A DNA stretch of 64,000 nt from Octopus vulgaris (Eukaryota). The stretch is taken from contig OX597818.1 of the NCBI GenBank assembly GCA_951406725.2, positions 56,606,001 through 56,670,000 of the forward strand, written 5' to 3'. Of the stretch, positions 12,524 through 26,610 are shown in pieces. The notes under the pieces are model-generated. The model did no database searches. It had not been told where the DNA came from and worked only from the letters and a program-made list of their open reading frames with translations. Numbering within the stretch: the stretch's first letter is position 1; each line of letters opens with the position of its first letter. Both the position numbers and the translations under genes were made by a program.

Positions 12524-13344
12524 GCTATGTTGAATAAAATCATAATTCACCGATTCTTCTGTATTTTCTTTTACCCAAAGCCAAGAACTTTTCAGCACTC
12601 CCTCATAACTGTTAAGGCATAAATATTCCTTGAATTTTACAAGAAACCTCAAAAAAATATATAGGCCTCTGACTACCTCTTTGGGTACTCTAAATTTTAA
12701 GGATTTTACATCAACTGTGTGGTATCTCACTGGGCAAGTCTTTGGAGTTAAAATCTTTTTTTTTACTTTGGTAGAATCATATTTCAAATAGATTTCTATA
12801 GAGTTGTTGCTAATTAATTTTCTAATTAGTTTTCATTTATTTACTTCGTATTTAATTCATTGTCAAAGCAACTGTCATTGCCACACAGTTGATGTAAAAT
12901 TTGTTACAAACGTTTATGTTTGGCATGGAGGTGCGGTGGAGAGGTTTGTTTTCCAACGACATGGTGTCAGGTTCAGTCCCACTGTGTGGCACCTTGAGCA
13001 AGTATCATCTGCTATATCCCTGGGTCACCCAAATCTTTGGAAGTAGATTTGGTAGATGGAAACGGAAAGAAGCCCCTAGTATATGTATGTGTTTGTTTCT
13101 CCTTGTCTTGACATCATGAGATGGTTGTAAATGAGTGTCATTGTTATATAAGCAGTGTCGTTCATTTCCAGTATTCTGTAAAAACATGTCTGGTCGTTGG
13201 GAAATATTACCTTGCTTTGAAACACGTGAGTTGGAAGCAGGAAGGCCATCCAGCTGTTGGAAATTCGCCTCAGCAAAATCCGTCCAACCAATGCTAGCGT
13301 AGAAAAGTGGACTTTAAATTGATTATCGTGTGTGTGTGTGTGTG

Positions 13345-13716
13345 TTTTACTTGTTTTAGTCATTTGACTGCGGCCATACTGGAGCACTGCCTTTAGTCGA
13401 GCGAATCAACCCCAGGACTTATTCTTTGTAAGCCTAGTACTTATTCTATCGGTCTCTTTTGCCGAACCGCTAAGTTACGGGGGATGTAAACACACTAGCA
13501 TCGGTTGTCAACCGATGCTGGGGGGGACAAACACAGACACACACACATATATACGACGGGCTTCTTTCAGTTTCCGTCTACTAAATCCACTCGCAAGACT
13601 TTGGTCGACCCAAGGCTATAGTAGAAGACACTTGCCCAAAGTGCCACGCAGTGGGACTGAACCCAGAACCATGGGGTTGGTAAACAAGCTACTTACCACA
13701 CAGCCACTCCTACGCC
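13345..13716 (-). mobile_element. SINE family A, full length
   Basis: Reverse complement of the family A pattern. Confidence 0.85.
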
Positions 13717-14179
13717 GTGTTTGTTTATTTTCTAATAGAAAAAAAACCACCTAAAAGTACTCAATACAACCATGTGTGAGTAATGTATAGAGTCGTATAT
13801 ATTTATTCATGTGTGAGGTAAACAGGATATTTTTTTTCTTCTTTTTACTTTTGAATCTACTGTGTACAATCAACCGAAAGGCCAATGTAACAGAACTGTT
13901 TTCTCTGGAAATGTAATCCTGTTTAGCTAACATGTGAACAAACATATTTATATGTAATCGTGCAAGGTACAGCTATCCCTATTTTTTGCTATCGTCTCAC
14001 TCTTCCTTTTATTTATTTATTTGTTTACGCATCTATTTGTTTGGAAGAACTTTCATCAAAGGAAGTGTTTTTTCAAGGTGTCTAAATAATCTTTGAGAAA
14101 TTTCACTGCTTACTTTTGTTACCATTTATTCATGTAAACATAAAAACCTAGTTCTTGCAGTGTTCAGTCTCTGAGATCA

Positions 14180-14730
14180 AATACCTATTTCTTTACTACC
14201 CACAAGGGGCTAAACACAGAGGGGACAAACAAGGACAGACAAACGGATTAAGTCGATTATATCGACCCCAGTGCATAACTGGTACTTAATTTATCAACCC
14301 CAAAAGGATGAAAGGCAAAGTCGACCTCGGCGGAATTCGAACTAAGAACATAATAGCAGACGAAATACGGCTACACATTTCGCCCGGCGTGCTAATGTTT
14401 CTGCCAGCTCACCGCCTTTCTGAGTTCAAATACCGCCGAGGTCGACTTTGCCTTTCATCCTTTCGCGGTCGATTAAATAATTACCAGTTACGCACTGGGG
14501 TCAATATAATCGACTTAATCTGTTTGTCCTCTCTGTGTTTAGCCCCTTGTGGGTAGTAAAGAAATAGGTATTTCATCTGTCTTTATGGTCTGAGTTCAAA
14601 TTCCATCAAGGTCGATTTTGCCTTTCATCCTTTTGGGGTTGATAAATTAAGTACCAGTTGTGTACTGGGGTCGATCTAATCGACTGGCTCCCTCCCCAAA
14701 AATTTCGGGCTTTGTGCTTAAAGTAGAAAA
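14180..14730. mobile_element. Nin-domain-like SINEs in inverted arrangement
   Basis: A - copy at 14180-14416 is directly followed by + bodies at 14417-14730. Confidence 0.75.
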
Positions 14731-15150
14731 GAATATTAACTTGATAGACTGGTTGAGGAATTTATAGATTGAGAAAGTGTTTTGTATTATTTGCTTTGGC
14801 TGAGACAGTAAAGTTTTATTTGTGTTAATATGGAATTTGAATGCCAAATACGACAGAAGTTGGTTAAATAAACATAATTAAGTTGTTTCTAATGCTCTCT
14901 GCATTAAATTATCATCATCATCATCATTCCTTTATTATTGCAAAAACTTAAATGGTGCTATTTGTCATTGTGTTTGTTCAGTGCTAATACAAAGCTTTAA
15001 AAGCAAAAATATTGCATTTTTCTTTTAATGATAATCGATTCTGTAACCTGTTGCGTGGTTCATGATACTGATGACAAAAGAATCATTAAGGAAATTTGAT
15101 TCCAAACATATGGAATGTAGGAAGAATATTTCATAGTTTTCTGATATATA

Positions 15151-15499
15151 TTGGGTTGTCTGGAAAGTTCGTGCCGATTTATAGTAGCTTACCTTTCGAC
15201 TTATTTTAGAACACAGTTGAATCCATAAAATAGGATTTGACTACACCTCCATTTAGAGCACAGTTTAAGCTATCTTTTCGTGGAAGAAGGTTTATGTTCC
15301 TATAATCTGTGTTAATTCTGTAACCCTTTGAAATGGAAGATAACGAAGTTCATTTTCGGCACTTGATGCTTTGAGAACCAGACAAAAATTGCTGCAGCTC
15401 GGCTGGGATGTGTTACCCCACCCTCCATATTCACCAGATATTGCTCCTTCGGATTTCCACTTATTCAGGTCTCTGCAGAATAGTCTTGATGGTAAAAAG
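15151..15499 (+). mobile_element. Internally deleted mariner (DD34D) transposon remnant
   Basis: TA|TTGGGTTGTCTGGAAAGTTC TIR-like start; N-terminus MEDNEVHFRHLML joined to RTRQKLLQLGWDVLPHPPYSPDIAPSDFHLFRSLQNSLDGK (YSPDLAP motif). Confidence 0.85.
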
Positions 15500-15711
15500 A
15501 AGTTTGCCTTGTCTATGTATACATGTGTGAGTGTTTACATCTCTGTAACTTAGCAGTCCAGCAAAAGAGACTGATAGAATAAGTACCAGGCTTACAAAAA
15601 TGAGTTCTGGGGTTGATTCATTCGACTAAAATTCTTTAAGGTGATTCTCTTGTGTGGCTGTACTCTAATGATTGAAACACGCAAAAGATTAAAATAGAAC
15701 ATGTAGATATA

Positions 15712-16108
15712 TTGGCACTTGAACCCCGTGCTAGTAGAGTATTAAGAGCACCATCTGAGCGTGATCGTTGCCAGAGCGGCTAACTAGCCTCCGTGCCAGT
15801 GGCACGTAAAAGACACCATTCGTGCGGGATCGTTACCAGCATCGCCTTACTGGCACCCGTCCTGGTGGCATGTGTAAAAGATTCAGGCGAGGTTGTTGCC
15901 AGTGCCACCTGACTGGCCCCGTGCCAGTGGAATGTAAAAGTACCCACTACATTCTAGGAGCGGTTGGCGTTAGGAAGGGCATCCAGCTGTAGAAACTCTG
16001 CCAGATCAAGATTGAAGCCTGGTGCAGCCATCTGGTTCGCCAGCCCTCGGTCATACGTCCAACCCATGCTAGCATGGAAGGCAGACATTAAACGATGATG
16101 ATGATGAT
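15712..16108 (+). mobile_element. RTE 3' UTR fragment
   Basis: Three gccagtggcacgtaaaa-type modules, ggaagggcatccagctgtagaaac, (GAT)n tail. Confidence 0.8.
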
Positions 16109-16368
16109 AAATATATATTTTATTTATTAGTGAATAAAAATGTTGGCATCACAGAGATTCAAATAAAATGAATTATTCTCATTGAGGAAATATATGTTAT
16201 TTAGAGATAGCAGTCTTAAGGAACGGTAAAAGAACCTCAAGAAACACATAGCAGAGAAATTTAGAAATGAGTAGTAAGTATTAAAATAAAATTCTTTTAT
16301 ATGGTGTGATGATGAGGACTGCTATCTCTAAATAACACACACATACATAATATATATATATATATATA

Positions 16369-16555
16369 CCGGAGTAAACACATAAATGTGAAACAAGGTG
16401 GAAAAAAGAGTACTCAAATACCAGTGGTTGAGTAATATGCTTTATTTAAAGCAGCAGAAAATTCAACAAAATCTGTTACTCTGAGTTGCCAATGAATGGC
16501 AACGGGAAACTCAGAGTAACAGGTTTTGTTGAATTTTCTGCTGCTTTAAATAAAG

Positions 16556-16560
<5 letters not shown>
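16369..16560. mobile_element. Penelope-like pLTR-derived foldback with hammerhead remnant
   Basis: ~53-bp inverted arms (atatgctttatttaaagcagcagaaaattcaacaaaa...actctgagtt and its complement), flanked by (TA)n; gaaactcagagtaacag motif. Confidence 0.55.
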
Positions 16561-16593
<33 letters not shown>

Positions 16594-17162
16594 TATATAT
16601 AACTTGATCTAAAAACACAAATATACACATATGGTGCTAGCAGTGGAAATTATATGCGAAAAGACATAATCTAACAATGTATGCAAATTTCAGTTTTGCC
16701 AAGAAATGTGCTGTATTCTATATGCTGGAATATTCCATTGTGTATGTAAGAATATTCCATTGTGTATGTGGGTGGCATTTTGGTGTTAGCAAAGAACGGA
16801 AGCTGTTGAATAGAAAAACCGAATCAATTGTTAAAATTAGGAAGGCTTCTCTCTAAGCAGTTCCAACCCTTTGATCAACTACAAAGTTATTTATGTAATT
16901 CTAGATATGTTTGTTTAGGTTGGTCGTTACCATGAAACTTGATAAACTGTGCAAAATCCGATATGAGGTTACAAAGTTTTAATATCTAATTCCGGTCTGT
17001 TGCAACTTCTGCAAATTCTTGCAAACACAGATCGATAGATTTTATGAAATTCATTCCAAATCAAATCTTAAGACACCAGAGATTCGAAGCGTTCTTCTTC
17101 CAAAATCGGTCGACGTAGCAGAATTGCTGCCAGACTTTACAGTTGTAATTCATATCTCTCTC

Positions 17163-17566
17163 TTTTAATCTTTTACGTGTTTCAGTCATTTGACTGCGGC
17201 CATGCTGGGGCACCGCCTTTAGTCGAGCAACTCGACCCCGCGACTTATTCTTTTGTAAGCCCAGTACTTATTCTATCAGTCTCTTTTGCCGAACCGCTAA
17301 GTGACGGCGACGTAAACACACCAGCATTGGTTGTCAAGCAATGCTAGGGGGACAAACACAGACACACAAACATACACGCACATACATATATATACATATA
17401 TACAACGGGCTTCTTTCAGTTTCCGTCTACCAAATCCACTCACAAGGCATTGGTCAGCCCGGGGCTATAGCAGAAGACACTTGCCCAAGGTGCCACGCAG
17501 AGGGACTGAACCCGGGACCATGTGGTTGGTAAACAAGCTACTTACCACACAGCCACTCCTGCGCCT
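17163..17566 (-). mobile_element. SINE family A, full length
   Basis: Reverse complement of the family A pattern. Confidence 0.85.
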
Positions 17567-20431
17567 ATGTTGCAAAATTTTAAAGTCTATTATGGTTGAA
17601 TTATGTTTCCAAACTGAAATTATTAAATCTATGAACGATGAGAAATATAAACAAATAAAAACAATGTTCAGAAAAAAAATATTGTGTGAAGACCATTAAT
17701 ACAAGACAATCAATACCGACAGTGATTTATTGACCAACTTGTCTGCATCGTCTTTGAATTCTTTGGCTGCAGTTGATACACGAGTTGGGTGGTGTTGGTT
17801 GACATTGCAGTTCTGTAGTGGCAAGAATATTATGTTGGTTGCTTCAAACTTGACATTCTGACGATGCTATTTCCATTGGTTTTTACATCCAAACTTGTTG
17901 GATAATAGATTTCAAGTCGGCTCTGCCTTGGCAAAGATATTTATCTTCTATTATCTTCTGTCTCATCTTTTCTCACATAATAAGACTTTTAAATTATAAT
18001 AAAAATAACCCTTTCTAATTTTGGCACAAGGCCAGTAATTTTGAGGGGAGGTGGGGGGGAAAGAGGAAAGGCAAAGTCAACCTTGGTAACTTTGAACTTG
18101 GGATTTTTACCCAGATATAGAGAGCCAGAAGAAATGCCAGTAATTACTCTGCCTGGTCTGGTAGATTTGGTAAATGAGAAAGAAGAACCATTATATATAT
18201 GTGTGTGTGTGTGTGTTTTCCTTTCTCTTGTTAAATAGCTGTAAACGAGTGTCCCTGTCGTACAAGTGGTGTCCTTTTGTTTCCAGTCTTCTGTGTAAAC
18301 ATGTTCATCAATAGGAAAGTATCGTCTTGCTTGGAAGCAGGCGAGGGCTGGTGACAGGAAGGGCATCCCAGCTGTAGAAAATTTGTGTCAATGAATTCCA
18401 TCTGGTTGAAGCAAGCATTGGAAAACTGAATCCGAAGAAGAAAACGGCAGCTGATGATGATGGTCCTGGTGGTGGCAATGGTGGCGATGATAGCAGCAGA
18501 CAACCCAAAATAATGGCAGAAAAGATTGAGCTAACATCCTGTGAAGTATGACCAAACTTCAAACCACAAACCTCCACTCATTGTTGATAAAATATAGTTT
18601 TTTTGTTTTTGTTTTATTTAACACCTATTTTCTCGGATGCTATTTCTGTATAAATATTTTGGTTGAGGTTTCTGGAACTTGGCATTATATGCATGTGGAT
18701 ATTACCATTATTGATGTCATCCCTTTCTAAGTAGTAGCTGCCAGAAGACAAGATGTGTGACTCATCGGTAGAAACGGTAAATACCAGGACATTAATTGCT
18801 TCAGTCTAAATTACTTTGGAATCCTTCCAGTGATTGCTATTTTCATTTCGCTTCCTGTACCCGCTTGAAAATGTCGAGACATCTGCTGGTACGCATGTTT
18901 ATGTGTCTTTAATATCACCCAGTGGGTGTGTGTTTTATACAGAAAATATCTGCGCCATACAGTTCAGGAGAGTGGACAGTTCAACAGATATAGTTTAATG
19001 AGAGTGGTATGTGTGTGTGGGAGAGAGAGAGAGAGAGAGAGAGGAGTGGTTGTGGTGGGGGGCAGATTAGGTAGAATCTTATATGTAGACAATTAGGTTG
19101 TTTAATGGGTGGGGAAACTTCATCGGACTTAATAAGGTGACTTAGATATTATTTAGGGCTGGAATGTCGTGCGATGTAATTCTGTGTGAATGTGAGATTG
19201 GGTTTGGAGAAGTACATTGAGAGAGAGAGAGAGACAATGGGGCAATTATATCGTAAATATAGTTGTGGAGATGATGATTAGTGACTTATATAATGTCATG
19301 TTATGTGAACTGGTGGGGACGGAACAGGGGTGGGTGGGGGGGTCCCTAATGAAAACAAAAAAAAAAAGGACAATGACATTTTGTGGTTAGGTGTGTTGTT
19401 TGTATTATATAAAGTGCAGGCTTGCTTTCCAACAGTGAGAAGCTTGCTTCCCGACTGTATGGTCTCAAGTTCAATCCCACTACATGGTACCTTGGACAGG
19501 TGTCTTTCTATAGACCCAAGCCTAGCAAAGCCTTGTGGATTTAATAGACAGACTGAACGATGCCCATTGTGTGTGTGTGTGTGTACACATCTTTGTTGTG
19601 ACATCATGTGGTGGTGGTTGTAAACAAATACTACCTGTGTACAAGCAGTGTCGTTCATTTCCAGTCGTCTGTGGAAAATCTGCTTGGCCGTGGTGGGGGT
19701 GGTGGAGAACACCTTACTTGGAGACAGGTGAGGGTTGGCAACAGGAAGGGCATCAGGTTGTAGAAAATCTGCCCCAACAAATTCCATCTGACCCATGGAG
19801 GCATGGAAATGTGGGGCCTTAACCGTTTTAGCATTCAGATTATTCACTTATTTAATTCGCATTGATTTAAGGGTCAGGGAGGAAGGAAGGTAGGAGTTGG
19901 TTCAGGCACAGTGTATTTAACAGCATTTTACCCAATGACCCAATGTACTTTTATTTCTAAGTAGATTGAGGTAGACCACACACACACACACACACACACG
20001 CATGTACACACAGATATAGCAAACCTCCCTAATTGACTCTTGATTAGGTTAATGTTCAGCTTGAATGTCATTTGTTGATTTGTGTGATGAGGGAGTGTTT
20101 CAGAGGGAGCAGTCTTGCAGAGGAAGATCAGGAGGGAGTCAGGGTGCAGTTATTTGAAGTGTATAGCAAACAGTAAAAATGATGGGAGACAGATGGCTTT
20201 GGACAGAGAGAGTTAGTAGCAAACTAGTCTGGAAGAGCATCGGCTGTTGTAGTAGTGTTTGGCGAGGAGACACAGAATACTCTGTGTCAATGCTCACTTT
20301 ATTGGTGAATGAAAAGTCCTTTGGAGGATGTGGCTACTCCATCTTATATTCTAACATATTGATATTATCGTTAAATTTCCTGAAAATTAAAGACTTCTTT
20401 TTTCATATGGAAATAAACATATGAATATATA

Positions 20432-20700
20432 ATCATCATCATCATTCAACATCCGCTTTCCATGCTAGCATGAGTTGGACGATTTGACTGAGGTTTGGCG
20501 AACCAGATTCCAATCTGATCTAGCAGAGTTTCTACAGCTGGATGCCCTTTCTAACGCCAACCACTCCGAGAGTGTAGTGGGTGCTTTTACGTGCCACAGG
20601 CACGAGGGCCGGTTTGGTGGCACTGGCGACGACCTCGCTCGAATGTTTCATGTGCCACTAGCATAAGTGCTAGTAAGGCGACGCGGTAACGATAACGGAA
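20432..20700 (-). mobile_element. RTE 3' UTR fragment
   Basis: (CAT)n then ...ttccatgctagcatg...ttctacagctggatgccctt... Confidence 0.75.
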
Positions 20701-21396
20701 TATATAATCCATCTAATAAGCTTTTATTTTTGTTTTGTTTTGATTTTTCTGAATATTTTAAAAATTCAATATTTCCTAGCAAAAGTAAAACCACACTTAA
20801 CAAAAGATGATTTAAAATAGTTTGTTTTTTTTTTTTAAAATTTTTCTGCTATTTAACTCTTTTGATAACCAAACCATCTGTGACTGTCTCCGTTTCTCTG
20901 ATACAAAATTTCCCATTTTAAAATATTCATAGTTGAATACAAAATCTCCCATTATAATTTTATGCAATAATCTCTTAAGCTATGTTCCAAACAGCAGCTT
21001 TTATATTCAACGAGTTATTCATTTACATCTTCTAGTCATTTACATCTACTAATTTCCTCCGAATTTATTGATTATTTTCAAAATTAATTTAATCACAGAG
21101 TATTTTATAAGAAATACGGTTGTCAGTGAGTTGCTTCTAAATGGAACCGGTTATATATTTCTTATTTTGTCTAAAGTTTGTGAAAGGCTATTATTAACGA
21201 GATTATAATTGTTCAGATCGTTAACCTCCATCTTTAGAGATAAACAGTTTTACATAAACATCTTTACAACATTTAGTTCAACATTTCATTTTAATCAGTT
21301 TGATCTCCAGAAAGAAGTCATCATCGTCGTCATCGTTCTGACGTCTACTTTTCTATGCTTGCCTAAGTCGGATGGATTTATTGAGGCAGATTTTTT

Positions 21397-21945
21397 TATT
21401 TCTTTATTGCCCACAAGGGGCTAAACACAGGGAGGACAAACAAGGACAGACAAAGAGATTAAGTCAATTATATCGACCCCAGTGCATAACTGGTGCTTAA
21501 TTTACTGACCCCGAAAGAATGAAAGGCAAAGTCAACCTCGGCGGAATTTGAACTCAGAGCATAGCGGCAGAAGAAATACTTATTTCTTTACTACCCACAA
21601 GGAGCTAAACACAGAGAGGACAAACAAGGACAGACAAACAGATTAAGTCAATTATATCGACCCCGAAAGGATGAAAGGCAAAGTCAACCTCGGCGGAATT
21701 TGAATTCAGAGCATAGCGGCAGAAGAAATACTTATTTCTTTACTACCCACAAGGGGCTAAACACAGAGAGGACAAACAAGGACAGACAAACGGTTTAAGT
21801 CGATTATATCGTCCCCAGTACGTAACTGGTACTTATTTAATCGACCCTGAAAGAATGAAAGGCAAAGTCGACCTAGGCGGAATTTGAAATACTGCTAAGC
21901 ATTTCGCCCAGTGTGCTAACGTTTCCGCCAGCTCACCACCTTAAA
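21397..21945 (-). mobile_element. Nin-domain-like SINE trimer
   Basis: Three tandem bodies and one head. Confidence 0.75.
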
Positions 21946-22779
21946 ACAGATTTTCTATGATCTGGTGCCTTTCCTGTTACCAATCCTCACCTGCTTTGCA
22001 AGCAAGGTAATATTTCTCCATGGCCAGACATGCTTTTGCAGAGAATTAGAAATGAAAGGGACTGCTTGTATGGCAGTGACACTCATTTACAACCACTAAA
22101 CAACATCAACACACACACACGCACACACATGGTGCTGGTGCCAAAAAAAAAGCACCCAGTACACTCTGTATAGTTGATGGGATTAGGAAGGGCATCCAGC
22201 TGCAGAAATCCTGCCAAGACTATGAAACTTGGTGTGGCTCCTGGCCTTGCCAGCTTCTGTCCAACCCATACCAGAATGGAAAACAGATGTTATGGAAAAC
22301 GGATAATGTTATGCAACAAACTTTTTTCAGTTTTCATTTACCAAATCCACTCCCCTTTGGTTTGCTCATGGCTAAAATAGAAGAGACAGACTTGTCCAAA
22401 GTGCCACAGAGTAGCATTGAACCCAGAACCATGTGGTTAGGATGAAAGCTTGACAACCACACCTACACCTCTTAGATGTAAATATTGTAAAAAGGAAAAA
22501 AAAAGTTTTGACTCTAAAAATATTAAGTCTCAAAAATTCTTTCTTTTATTATTATTTAAACTTGTTCTGGCACCCGTGGCTTTTGTGTTTTTCCATGAGA
22601 TCCTTAAAGCGCCACCCCTATTGGGAGTTTTAAATTATTTAATTTTTAATCGTTATATATTGTTTACACATTGTAAAACCCATTGTATCGTCCAGTTTTT
22701 GTCTTTTATGTTGTATGTGTTTTAATATGGCTTTATGTATGCCCTTGTGGCTAATAAATGAATTAATTATTAAACTAAG

Positions 22780-23160
22780 GTGGTGAACTGGCGGAAATGT
22801 TAGCACACCAGGTGAAATGCTTAGTGGTATTTTGTCTGCTTTTATGTTCTGAGTTCAAATCCTGCCGAGGTCGACTTTGCCTTTCATCCTTTCGGGGTCG
22901 ATTAAATAAGTACCAGTTACGCACTGGGGTTGATATAATCGACTTAATCCGTTTGTCTGTCCTTGTTTGTCCCCTCTGTGTTTAGCCCCTTGTGGGTAAT
23001 TAAGAAATAGGTATTTTGTCTGTCTTTATGTTCTGAGTTCAAATTCTGCCCATGTTGACTTTGCCTTTTATCCTTCCGGGGTCAATAGATTAAGCACCAA
23101 TTACATACTGGGGTCAATCTAATTGACTGGCCCTACCTCCTCAAAAATTTTGGACTTTGT
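22780..23160 (+). mobile_element. Nin-domain-like SINE dimer
   Basis: Head plus two bodies joined at aagaaataggtattt. Confidence 0.75.
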
Positions 23161-24049
23161 ACTTGGAAATGTGGGGGGGGCGGGGATTATTATTTAAAGT
23201 TTTGGTTAACCCCTGCTAGAGAGACTGGGTAGGTTTTGTTGTGCCCAGAAGTGTCAGCTTCCCCAGTTTTATCTCATATTTATCACAATGCAGCATTTAA
23301 AAATATTTAGTGAAAATCCAGATTTTTGTTGTAGTTATTATTTAAGCTCTAGGTCAGCTTTGATTTAGTAGTTCCGATATAATCAATGGTGTTTCAATCA
23401 CGACTTTCTCTTCCTATGCCCCCCCCCTCTCATCTTCAGATGTAACATAAAATGAATCAATCCTTTTTTTTTTATGACATTGATATGAAGGGCAGACAGG
23501 GAAATCCAGTGAGAAAGCATGACAATTGCTCCTGATAGGACCTCATGGAGGGGGTAGATACCCCCTATGTCCATTTCTAGGAATAATGGACAGAAAAAAT
23601 GGATGGTAAAATCCACTGATCTTGAAGGGTCTTTGAGGGTCAATGGCACTGCCCTCTTTTCTAGACGCAACTAGAAAAAAGCAAAAATTAATAAAATTGA
23701 AGCCAATTAATTTATATTAGTCTGTTATATTTTCTTCGTTAACTAATTAGAAACTACATCTGATTTGATTTATGTTTTCAGATCTCTTCATTTTCTTTCT
23801 GTTTACATAGTTACTGTGTTTTCGATGCAACAAAACAAATATTTTCTTTGTACTATGTCAGTGTGACCCCGTGTGGTTTTTAAAATTTTTTTATATAGTC
23901 TGCAACTAGACATTGCACAACAAACAATCCAATGTGTTCACTGCATGAAAGTGGGTGTAGTTTGGCCCTCAAGAGAACGGGTTAATTAAGATATTTGTTA
24001 ATTACAAGACAATTTGAAGGCTTCTAAATAATAATATTAATAATTTTAG

Positions 24050-24463
24050 ATGGCGGCGAGCTGGCAGAATCGGTAGCATGCCAGGCGAAATGCTTAGTGG
24101 TATTTCGTATGCCGTTACGTTCTGAGTTCAAATTCCGCCGAGGTCAACTTCGCCTTTCATCCTTTTGGGGTCGATAAATTAAGTACCAGTTACGCACTGG
24201 GGTCGGTGTAATCGGATTATATCCATTTATCTGTCCTTGTTTGTCCCCTCTGTGTTTAGCCCCTTGTGGGTAGTAAAGAAATAGGTATTTCGTCTGCCGC
24301 TACGTTCTGAGTTCAAATTCCGCCGAGGTCAACTTTGCCTTTCATCCTTCCAGGGTCGATTAAATAAGTACCAGTTACGCACTGGGGTCAATGTAATCGA
24401 CTTAGTCCCTTTGTGTGTCATTGTTTGTCCCCTCTTTTAGCCCCTTGTGGGCAATAAAGAATT
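24050..24463 (+). mobile_element. Nin-domain-like SINE dimer
   Basis: ggcggcgagctggcagaatc head; two bodies joined at gtaaagaaataggtatttc. Confidence 0.8.
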
Positions 24464-24519
24464 AAATATTAATAATTTTAAAAATAATAATGTCTTGAAG
24501 GTTGCCTATAATAATTCTG

Positions 24520-25063
24520 CTATGCCCTGGTGCAGTACCAAGCAGTGGCTCTCGTGGCTTCTGATCTTAACTGATTGGAAGTATTATCATGTACGTTGTT
24601 TTGTCTTGGTATAAAAGATGGGCTACAGCAAATATTCTGCTCCATACCACAGATTTGCTTAACCAGTTGAGCATGTCCCTTAGTGGCTGACAATATGTGC
24701 ATCTCTGATCATGAGTAGAAGTAGTGGAAGAGCATCAAAGCCATGTGTTGAGAGGAATTCTTTGGAGTTTGGATAATTCACCTTTGGAAACATGGGTGTT
24801 TCGTTCAACATCCTTAAACAATCTCTATTTAAGAACTGCTTGAGCAGGATGGGCTACTCAACCTGAAGAAAATTCTAACTGGGCCCCACCTGCAAGGTCA
24901 TGCACTGCTTATCTTGATATGAGATCACCAAGTCACGCACATATGGTTGTGATGCATGTGCCTGGTGTACCCTTATCAGACGGGTAGTCATGATGGGTAT
25001 ACTGTTCTTTGCAAATTTTACCCCAGTGTCACTTTGATAGCATGCACTGCTCTCTCACTCAAT
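24520..25063 (-). mobile_element. Unclassified interspersed repeat
   Basis: Moderate-GC block recalled as a common octopus repeat; single copy in this window, so not verifiable here. Confidence 0.35.
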
Positions 25064-25289
25064 AATAAATATGTTTAAATGTTTAGTAGCAGTGAGGTCA
25101 GAGGTGAAATCCTTGGAGAGGATGCGGGTCATGAGAGGTCTTTTTACTACAAGAATAAACTCTGAGAAAGCTGTTTTCAAAGTGTGGTAGTGGGGAAGGA
25201 AGGGGTGCAGTTTGTATATATATATATGTATGTGTGTGTGTGTGTGTGTGTGCACAAACTGGCCCTCCATTAGTTCTTATGAGTTTTCC

Positions 25290-25570
25290 AGCTTATCTGA
25301 TCGACAGAGCATTCTGCTCCTGAAACTGACATGCAAGTGGCTGAGTACACCACAAACACATATACTTTTAACGTAGTTTTCAGGAAGATTTAGTGTGGCA
25401 CAGAAGGGGACAAGGCTGGCCCTTTAAAATACAGTTGCTACTCGTTTGTAGCCAATGACTGGATTGGAGCAACACGATATTAAATGTCTTGCGGAAGGAC
25501 ACATGCCACCAGGAATTGAACTCGTGACCCTATGATTGCGAACCAGATATGCTTACTAAGCCATGCGGTG
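25290..25570 (-). mobile_element. tRNA-derived SINE family D (Meta/V-SINE-like)
   Basis: Diverged match to 42620-42932. Confidence 0.6.
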
Positions 25571-26314
25571 TGCACATATGGATGGATGGAGGGGGAGTCC
25601 ATAGCATACAGTTGTGACATGCACAGATGGGTGTGTCTGTAACATTGCTGGTGTCACTGAACATATGTGTGTCACATAAGTATTTATTTAAATTGATACG
25701 AGTAAGTAATTTCACAGATTTATCGATTTTTCTCCCTACCCTCCACCCCACCCCGCCCTCTTGCCCATTCATCTGAGATTGAATTATTTTTATATTATTA
25801 TTATTATTTTTGTCAATAGTAATTATTGATTTCTCTTGACAACCATAAAGTCGTTAGCGAAAAGTGGTTTTTGCAGAATTACTATTCACTTATTTCACTT
25901 TATTAAAAAAAAAAAAAAAAAAATAAATTTCTTGTTAATAATAGACAAAAGAAAAAAAGAGGCTGCAACAATGCTTTTAGACTGTTTCCCCCACCCCCCC
26001 ACTTTTTTTTTTTTTTGTAAAATGTGTGATACAATTTCTGACTATGTTGTGTTCATAGGTTTCTACTCGACACGACCTACTGAACACGACTTTTCACTGT
26101 TACTCTAATAACACACATTCGAATCACTGTCGTCGTTTTCTTTTCAAATAATTACATTAAGCTGGAGGCACAGGTGTGGCTGTGTGGTAAGAAGTTGGCT
26201 TCTTAACCACATGGTTCTTGGTTCAGTTTCACAACGTGCCACCTTGGGTCAAACAAATCTTTTTGAGTGGATTTGATAGACAGAAACTGAAAGAAGCTAA
26301 ATGATGATGATGAG

Positions 26315-26322
26315 TATATGTA

Positions 26323-26354
<32 letters not shown>

Positions 26355-26569
26355 TGTATGTGTGTGTGTGTGTGTATGTATGTGTGTGTGTGTATATATG
26401 TGTGTGTGTGTATATATATATATCTATGTGTGTGTATATATATCTGTATATATGTGTGTGTATATATGTGTGTATGTATGTATGTGTGTGTATGTGTATA
26501 TACATATATGACATGTATGTGTGTGTATATATATGTGTATGTGTGTGTATATATATGTGTATGTGTATG

Positions 26570-26600
<31 letters not shown>

Positions 26601-26610
26601 ATGTATATGA
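26315..26610. repeat. (TG)n/(TA)n compound microsatellite
   Basis: Direct inspection. Confidence 0.95.

Noticed and set aside
15371-15553. SETMAR-like host gene
   Set aside because: Only a short, internally deleted mariner piece with a TIR-like start; no SET domain or exon structure.
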